Below are positions 59,137 to 64,000 of a stretch of 64,000 nucleotides of DNA, one piece after another (positions within the stretch are counted from its first letter, which is position 1; every line of letters begins with the position of its first letter). This stretch comes from an uncultured Gammaproteobacteria bacterium (GTDB lineage Bacteria; Patescibacteriota; Patescibacteriia; Magasanikbacterales; UBA922). The stretch spans positions 44,215-108,214 of the forward strand of contig CAYFPM010000001.1 in NCBI GenBank assembly GCA_964345045.1, written 5' to 3'. The notes under the pieces were generated by a model. That model was not told the origin of the DNA, did not search any database, and was given only the letters and a program-made list of their open reading frames with translations. The position numbers were made by a program, and so were the translations under genes.

Positions 59137-59300
59137 TTGACAGGAAAGTAGAATTTGGATAATATCTAAATATTATGAAAAATAAGCGCAACATTCTGCT
59201 ACTAAGCCTGCTAGCTCTAGCCCCAGAGAGTGGTGATGTTGTGTTATCTGCCTAAGCAAAAACACATATTAGCAACACCGCTCATCTGCGGTGTTTTTGT
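59137..59300 (+). promoter_or_regulatory. Leu-rich leader-peptide attenuator: promoter TTGACA-17-TAATAT, leaderless ORF MKNKRNILLLSLLALAPESGDVVLSA (59175-59255), intrinsic terminator 59275-59300
   Basis: 6 Leu in 8 codons, four of them rare-looking CTA; terminator caccgc tcatct gcggtg ttttt. Confidence 0.6.
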
Positions 59301-59368
59301 TTACTTTGTCGAATTAAGCTTGGACTGAGTAGAGTAAAACTCATTCAGTTCAGACCGATTCTGACAAT

Positions 59369-60694
59369 TTGATTGGACGCTGCGTTGCAGCAAGGAGAGA
59401 AAGCCCCATGGCAACCCCGTGGACTACAGAAAACCTTCAAACCGCTGGCCGAGATGCACTTGCAAATTTGCTGGCGGAGAGTTCGCGAGCAGTTGCCAAG
59501 GCCTCAAATTCTGGTTGGATGGCTTTCGAGATGGAAGCCTCTCTGACCAAACTTCGCATTCCTGATTTGGCTGGGGTCTGGCCTGAAGTGAAGAGGGCTG
59601 ACGAGGTAGGTGTGGTCGTGGACGAGTTTCAAGACTACATGATCGAAGGCGTCCCTCCGCGTGACGCTGGAATCGTGGACGCGATGGGACTTCGTAGTTC
59701 GATCCTAGATGTAGCAGAGGCTATGGTCGCTGCTTGCGACAAGGCTGGCGTGCGCCTTACTCCCATTGCTCACCCTGATTCTTGGGGGGGGAAGCGGGAT
59801 ACCAAGATGCCTCAAAAGGCCGACCACCAGCGCATGGTTCGAGACACCATGCCGGCGGTTGGCTTGGGGGCTATTGGGGCCTCGCTCCAGCTCCACTGTG
59901 CCCACCCCTGCAACATCACCGAGGACAGATACTGGCGTACCCTCTTGCTCCTCCAGCAGCACGCGCCGCTCCTCTTGGCCTTGTCGGCCAACAGCCCCAA
60001 GAGCGGTAGCATGATTCATGGCAGCGTTCGGTATCTGCTTAGCCGATCGGTTTGGTCATTCCAGCCGTACTTCTGGCAGAGCTACGAAGAGTTCGTGGAT
60101 CATGTGCATGCACTTGTCCAGTACGGCAGCATCACCGGGCCGCACAACCTGCACGGTTGGGTCAAAGCCTGTGTCGGTTCGATCGAGCAACGTATCTGCG
60201 ACATTCCCGGTACTGTCCAAGAGATCTGGACGCTCTGTGCTCTGATGCGCGCTTTGGTGCAGTACTGCTACGAGCAGGCAGCTGACCCCAATGGATTCCT
60301 TCTTCAGGGAGATATTGGTCGTGATCAGCTGCTCTTGGCTCTGGAGCAGGCGGCCACCTTTGGCCTTTCCGACATGCAGGATTGCCGAATCCAAAGCCCG
60401 TGGGAAGGTCAGCGCGTCAAGCTCTACGATCTGTTCATGGAGCTCGGCAATCGCGTCGGAGATATCATGACGGATCAAGGGGCTGACTGGGAGAGGCAGT
60501 ACCTCTTCGAGCATATGCTCGCCGATCAGAAATGCGGCGAGAACGGAGCCACCCGGTTTGCGCGTTGGCACGAGCAGCACGACGGCAACATGACCAGGGT
60601 GGTGGAGGCCGCTAGCCGGCACTTCGGGCAGTCTCTCGGAGAGGCGAAAAAATCTCTGTCTGCGATGCAGCCAGATCAAGTCGTGAATCAATAG
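59369..60694 (+). CDS. GCS2-family carboxylate-amine ligase (glutamate-cysteine ligase family 2)
   Basis: LQLHCAHP (cf. HVHVG), LLALSANSPKSG (cf. LSAASPYMQG), SIEQRICDIPGT (cf. TVEVRVMDTP). Confidence 0.55.
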   Translation: MIGRCVAARRESPMATPWTTENLQTAGRDALANLLAESSRAVAKASNSGWMAFEMEASLTKLRIPDLAGVWPEVKRADEVGVVVDEFQDYMIEGVPPRDAGIVDAMGLRSSILDVAEAMVAACDKAGVRLTPIAHPDSWGGKRDTKMPQKADHQRMVRDTMPAVGLGAIGASLQLHCAHPCNITEDRYWRTLLLLQQHAPLLLALSANSPKSGSMIHGSVRYLLSRSVWSFQPYFWQSYEEFVDHVHALVQYGSITGPHNLHGWVKACVGSIEQRICDIPGTVQEIWTLCALMRALVQYCYEQAADPNGFLLQGDIGRDQLLLALEQAATFGLSDMQDCRIQSPWEGQRVKLYDLFMELGNRVGDIMTDQGADWERQYLFEHMLADQKCGENGATRFARWHEQHDGNMTRVVEAASRHFGQSLGEAKKSLSAMQPDQVVNQ

Positions 60695-60890
60695 TTCCTT
60701 TTGTGTAGTTAGCCATAGTTTTGGAGGCTGGCCCACTACACTCCCTTCCTTTTGCACAAAAGTTATTTTGTATAGAAGAGAGGTATAAATTAGTTTTCAC
60801 GCTGGCTCCATAGTCCCAGAGGTCTATGGAGCCAAATTGCCACAATACGGCTCCACAGGGCTACGCCACTATGGAGCCAGCATAGTAGTT

Positions 60891-60991
60891 CCTCCCCTAT
60901 AAGGGGAGGCTAGGTGGGGTCAAATCGTATACCAGACCCCCTCCCCGATGCTTTGATCGGGGCAGGCCAACTCCCCCTATTAGGGGGAGAG
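60891..60991. repeat. composite GC-rich palindromic element (CTCCCCCT-N4-AGGGGGAG family), long variant, just upstream of Ile-leader promoter
   Basis: cctcccctataaggggagg ... ggggtcaaatcgtataccagacccc ... ccccgatgctttgatcgggg ... ctccccctattagggggagag. Confidence 0.7.
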
Positions 60992-61009
60992 TTTCTGTCC
61001 ACAAAAACA

Positions 61010-61165
61010 TTGACATCCGCCTACAGCTCTGATAGGGTGAAGATAATATGAACAAACTATTCAACATTATTATTTGGATTATCGCCCAGTTTGGTGGTAA
61101 GTTTGTTCGTGAATAAAAATATTTACAACAAAAAATTACCGCCGGAGATGGCGGTATTTTTTTTC
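61010..61165 (+). promoter_or_regulatory. Ile-rich leader-peptide attenuator: promoter TTGACA-17-TAGGGT, leaderless ORF MNKLFNIIIWIIAQFGGKFVRE (61048-61116), intrinsic terminator 61136-61165
   Basis: 5 Ile in 7 codons; terminator taccgcc ggagat ggcggta tttttttt; RBS taggaagg before downstream gene. Confidence 0.6.
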
Positions 61166-61267
61166 TCGATCTTTGCAAACGTACTGGGTAGCACTGTGAT
61201 TACAAAATGTATTCAGAGTGGTGCCTAGTACCAAATTTTGTTTTTTGACAATGCAATATAGGAAGGT

Positions 61268-62617
61268 GTGACAATGAATCGGAAAATGAAAGAAGTTGCT
61301 CGTCGGGTCGCAGACCTGATCGAGGCGATGAACTACGCTGGACAGCGTGGGCTCCAGCTTGGGACAGAGCGAGAATTGGTAGCTGTGAAGGCCTCGAATC
61401 CTCGAGAGGTCGGAGGCTTTGCACTCTCTGTCGCCCAGAATCTCGCGACACAGCCAGGTTGGACAGCTGTCTACGACGGCACCACCGATCTGGTGGTTGG
61501 AGCCAAAAGTCCTGGTGGCGAGTACGAGGTCATGACCGACGCTGGCAAGTGGGTTCTAGAATACTGCCCGCTCGCACCGTGCGACTCTCTCAATAGTCTC
61601 GATAGGTTGTGTGGGGAGGCCGAGCGAACGATTATCTCGGCATCCCAAGGGCTTGGTTTCGAAGTTCTCGGTCTTGGGCGGCATCCGCTCTTTCTGGCAA
61701 ACCGGAGTAGCTGGACCCCAAAGCTGCGCTACAATGGTCTGCAGTCAGTTCTCAAGAACGGGGGCCACGAGACCTGCGAGACTGCTTCGCACCAAGATAC
61801 TGTAGACGTACGAAATTCGGGACACATGATGCAGGTGGTCAACATCGGCAACGCTCTAGCAGGTCCGGTTGCCGCTATCTGCGCCAACTCGCTAGTGTTT
61901 CACGGAGAAGTGCATCAAGATCAACTGGCCAGCCGGTTGCTGACGTGGCAAAGGATTTGCCACCCGGTACAATTCGCTCGAGTGGGTATCCCCATGGTCT
62001 TTCGGGACGTAGGGCACTACGCCGAATACCTGGTGCGTTTGCCGTACCTCTTCCACATTCACGAAACTGGTGTTGCCGACGTGTTCGACAAACCTTTCTA
62101 CGAAGCGGTTGAGTACTTCGAGAGCGTTGACTTCGGACGTTTGCTGCAGATTCACATGGCTTGCGTGTGGTTCGATGCTCGGGTACGCATGAACAAGTGT
62201 GCCAGTGTCGAGCTGCGAGCACCGTGTGCTCAGCCTCAAGGCATGGGTCAAGCGGTGTCTGCTCTACACCTAGGGCTGGTTCACAACTCGGCAGCTGCCA
62301 GCAACTTGGTGCTGACGCATTCTTGGGATGAGTGGCAGGCAGCGCGCTTCGATGCCGCCAATTTGGCACTCAACGCCAGCGTTGGATCTGAGCCTATGGC
62401 AGAGGTGGTCCGGTCTATGTTGCACGTGGCCGAAGATGGCTTACGCTTAGCCGGAGAGGACCCTACCAGGCTTGCCCCGCTGTGGCAACGACTCGAGGAT
62501 CCTTCTCAATTGCCAGCTATGATGGCCGGCAAGCTCTTTGTCGAGGGTGGAATAGATGCCTTGGTAGAGGCCAGGCGCTTCCAACTACAGCAAGAGCCAG
62601 TAGCTCGCGCTTCTTAG
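61268..62617 (+). CDS. GCS2-family carboxylate-amine ligase paralog
   Basis: LGTERELVAV N-terminal E-x-E, ICANSLVFHGE, ASVELRAPCAQP (cf. TVEVRVMDTP). Confidence 0.5.
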   Translation: MTMNRKMKEVARRVADLIEAMNYAGQRGLQLGTERELVAVKASNPREVGGFALSVAQNLATQPGWTAVYDGTTDLVVGAKSPGGEYEVMTDAGKWVLEYCPLAPCDSLNSLDRLCGEAERTIISASQGLGFEVLGLGRHPLFLANRSSWTPKLRYNGLQSVLKNGGHETCETASHQDTVDVRNSGHMMQVVNIGNALAGPVAAICANSLVFHGEVHQDQLASRLLTWQRICHPVQFARVGIPMVFRDVGHYAEYLVRLPYLFHIHETGVADVFDKPFYEAVEYFESVDFGRLLQIHMACVWFDARVRMNKCASVELRAPCAQPQGMGQAVSALHLGLVHNSAAASNLVLTHSWDEWQAARFDAANLALNASVGSEPMAEVVRSMLHVAEDGLRLAGEDPTRLAPLWQRLEDPSQLPAMMAGKLFVEGGIDALVEARRFQLQQEPVARAS

Positions 62618-62744
62618 TTCTTTTGCGGATCTCATCCATCCGCCTACTCCTTTTGTAGACGAAAAATCGTCTGCAAAAGAAGACTCTTAGCCAATTGACT
62701 AAGGGGAAAAATTTTGATATATTTTATTCCATTTATAAAAAATT

Positions 62745-63842
62745 ATGGACAATAATAAATTGGACGACATAGTAGCCTTAACCAAAAAATTGGTTCATTT
62801 TCGTGGTACCGAAAGTAGAGTAGAAAATCTTCGCCGTTGTGCAGATTTTATTGCTGATTATTTTATAGATAGTGGCCTTACAGTAGAGCGCTTTGAAAAA
62901 GATGGATACCCTTCGGTCGTAGTCACCAAACATGGCACCAAAAAACCCAAAATTTTTCTAAACGGACATTTTGATATGGTAGAGGGAGAAGATCACCAAT
63001 TTGATCCCAAAATAGAAGGAGACAGAATGTTTGGTAGGGGAGTGTTTGATATGCAAAGTGGCAATGCTGTTATTATGACATTGATGAAAGAACTAGCTCA
63101 TACCGAACACGATGTAGGATTAATGCTAACCGGAGACGAAGAAGCCGGTGGTTTTCGGGGTGTTGGTTATGTAATGGATTTTAACTATAGTTCGGATGTA
63201 GTAATAATTCCCGATGGTGGCATGGCCGTAGAAAATATTATAAGTAGAGAAAAAGGGATTATAAGATTTGATCTACAAGCTCATGGCAAAAGATCTCATT
63301 CGGCCTATCCTTGGCTTGGTGACAATGCTATTACCAAATTGATGAGTGGAATAGAAAAAACACTAGCTCTTTTCCCAGAATCAGAAAAAGATATAGAAGA
63401 TAATTGGACAACCAATGTAGCTGTAACCAAAATTAATGCTGGTATAGGTGGCAATGTAGTACCGGAAAAAGCCTATGCTCATTTTGATGTTCGTTATATT
63501 ACAGAGGACAACCCCGAAGAAATCTTGGAAAGAATTAGAAAAGTTTTGCCAGACGGAGTAGATTTAAAATTAGATTTTATAGAACCAGCTACCAGCACAG
63601 ATACTAGTAGTCCATATGTAGAAAAATTTGTCGAAACCCTAAAAGAGCACGACAAAGAACCAAAATTCATTTCGGCTATGGCGGCCTCTGATTCTAGATT
63701 TTTTCACGAAAGAGGCATTCCGTTTATCATAAGCCAACCAGAAGGTGGCGGACATCACGGTCCATACGAATGGGTAAGAGTTTCGGCAATTGGCAAATAT
63801 TACGATATACTAAAGTCATACCTAGATAAGGTTGCCAGGTAA
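62745..63842 (+). CDS. M20-family metallopeptidase (ArgE/DapE/dipeptidase-like)
   Basis: LNGHFDMVEGE and TGDEEAGG metal-ligand motifs. Confidence 0.8.
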   Translation: MDNNKLDDIVALTKKLVHFRGTESRVENLRRCADFIADYFIDSGLTVERFEKDGYPSVVVTKHGTKKPKIFLNGHFDMVEGEDHQFDPKIEGDRMFGRGVFDMQSGNAVIMTLMKELAHTEHDVGLMLTGDEEAGGFRGVGYVMDFNYSSDVVIIPDGGMAVENIISREKGIIRFDLQAHGKRSHSAYPWLGDNAITKLMSGIEKTLALFPESEKDIEDNWTTNVAVTKINAGIGGNVVPEKAYAHFDVRYITEDNPEEILERIRKVLPDGVDLKLDFIEPATSTDTSSPYVEKFVETLKEHDKEPKFISAMAASDSRFFHERGIPFIISQPEGGGHHGPYEWVRVSAIGKYYDILKSYLDKVAR

Positions 63843-64000
63843 TTAAAGATTAGAATTTAGATTAAGAATAGGATTAAAAATTTATTTTTTAAAAGCTGTA
63901 GAGCTAGAATTTTCAGGCTAGTAAGCCTTGCAAGCTTTGTAAGCCTCTTATATATATGTACCACGTACTTCTATACTACAAAATAGTCAAAATCAAAAAT

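Overview
The backbone is AT-rich, gene-dense and looks like a reduced genome of the Patescibacteria/CPR type. It carries the lower-glycolysis genes gap(partial)-pgk-eno and two tandem cofactor-independent phosphoglycerate mutase paralogs, followed by valS-tyrS-argS and a RHH/MazF-type toxin-antitoxin pair. Next come an orphan sensor kinase, bactofilin, tRNA-Leu, a cell-envelope glycosylation locus (sugar transferase, three GT4 enzymes, DUF4012, surface protein), a tRNA-Arg/tRNA-Lys cluster with rnc-nusB-rpmF, a FemAB/PAP2/MltG envelope set, a queuosine cluster (queA, yhhQ-like, tgt), uvrD, ndk, an aminotransferase and an M20 peptidase. Several short islands of visibly higher G+C interrupt this backbone; all have AT-rich TTGACA-17-TATAAT-like promoters. 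The most notable is at 55.9-62.6 kb: a divergent Glu/Leu/Phe/Val-dehydrogenase-family gene followed by three paralogous GCS2-family (glutamate-cysteine-ligase-family-2 / carboxylate-amine ligase) genes. Each ligase is preceded by its own consensus promoter, a near-leaderless short ORF rich in one hydrophobic amino acid (Phe, then Leu, then Ile) and an intrinsic terminator, i.e. three leader-peptide attenuators. Other unusual structure includes a family of CTCCCCCT-N4-AGGGGGAG palindromic GC-rich elements inserted in frame into tgt (twice), queA and uvrD as well as intergenically. There is also a nested-inverted-repeat MITE-like family, tRNA 3-prime-end direct repeats next to GC-rich islands, and a cluster of small GC-rich membrane-peptide genes sharing repeated 5-prime elements. 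No rRNA, CRISPR array, integrase or transposase is visible.
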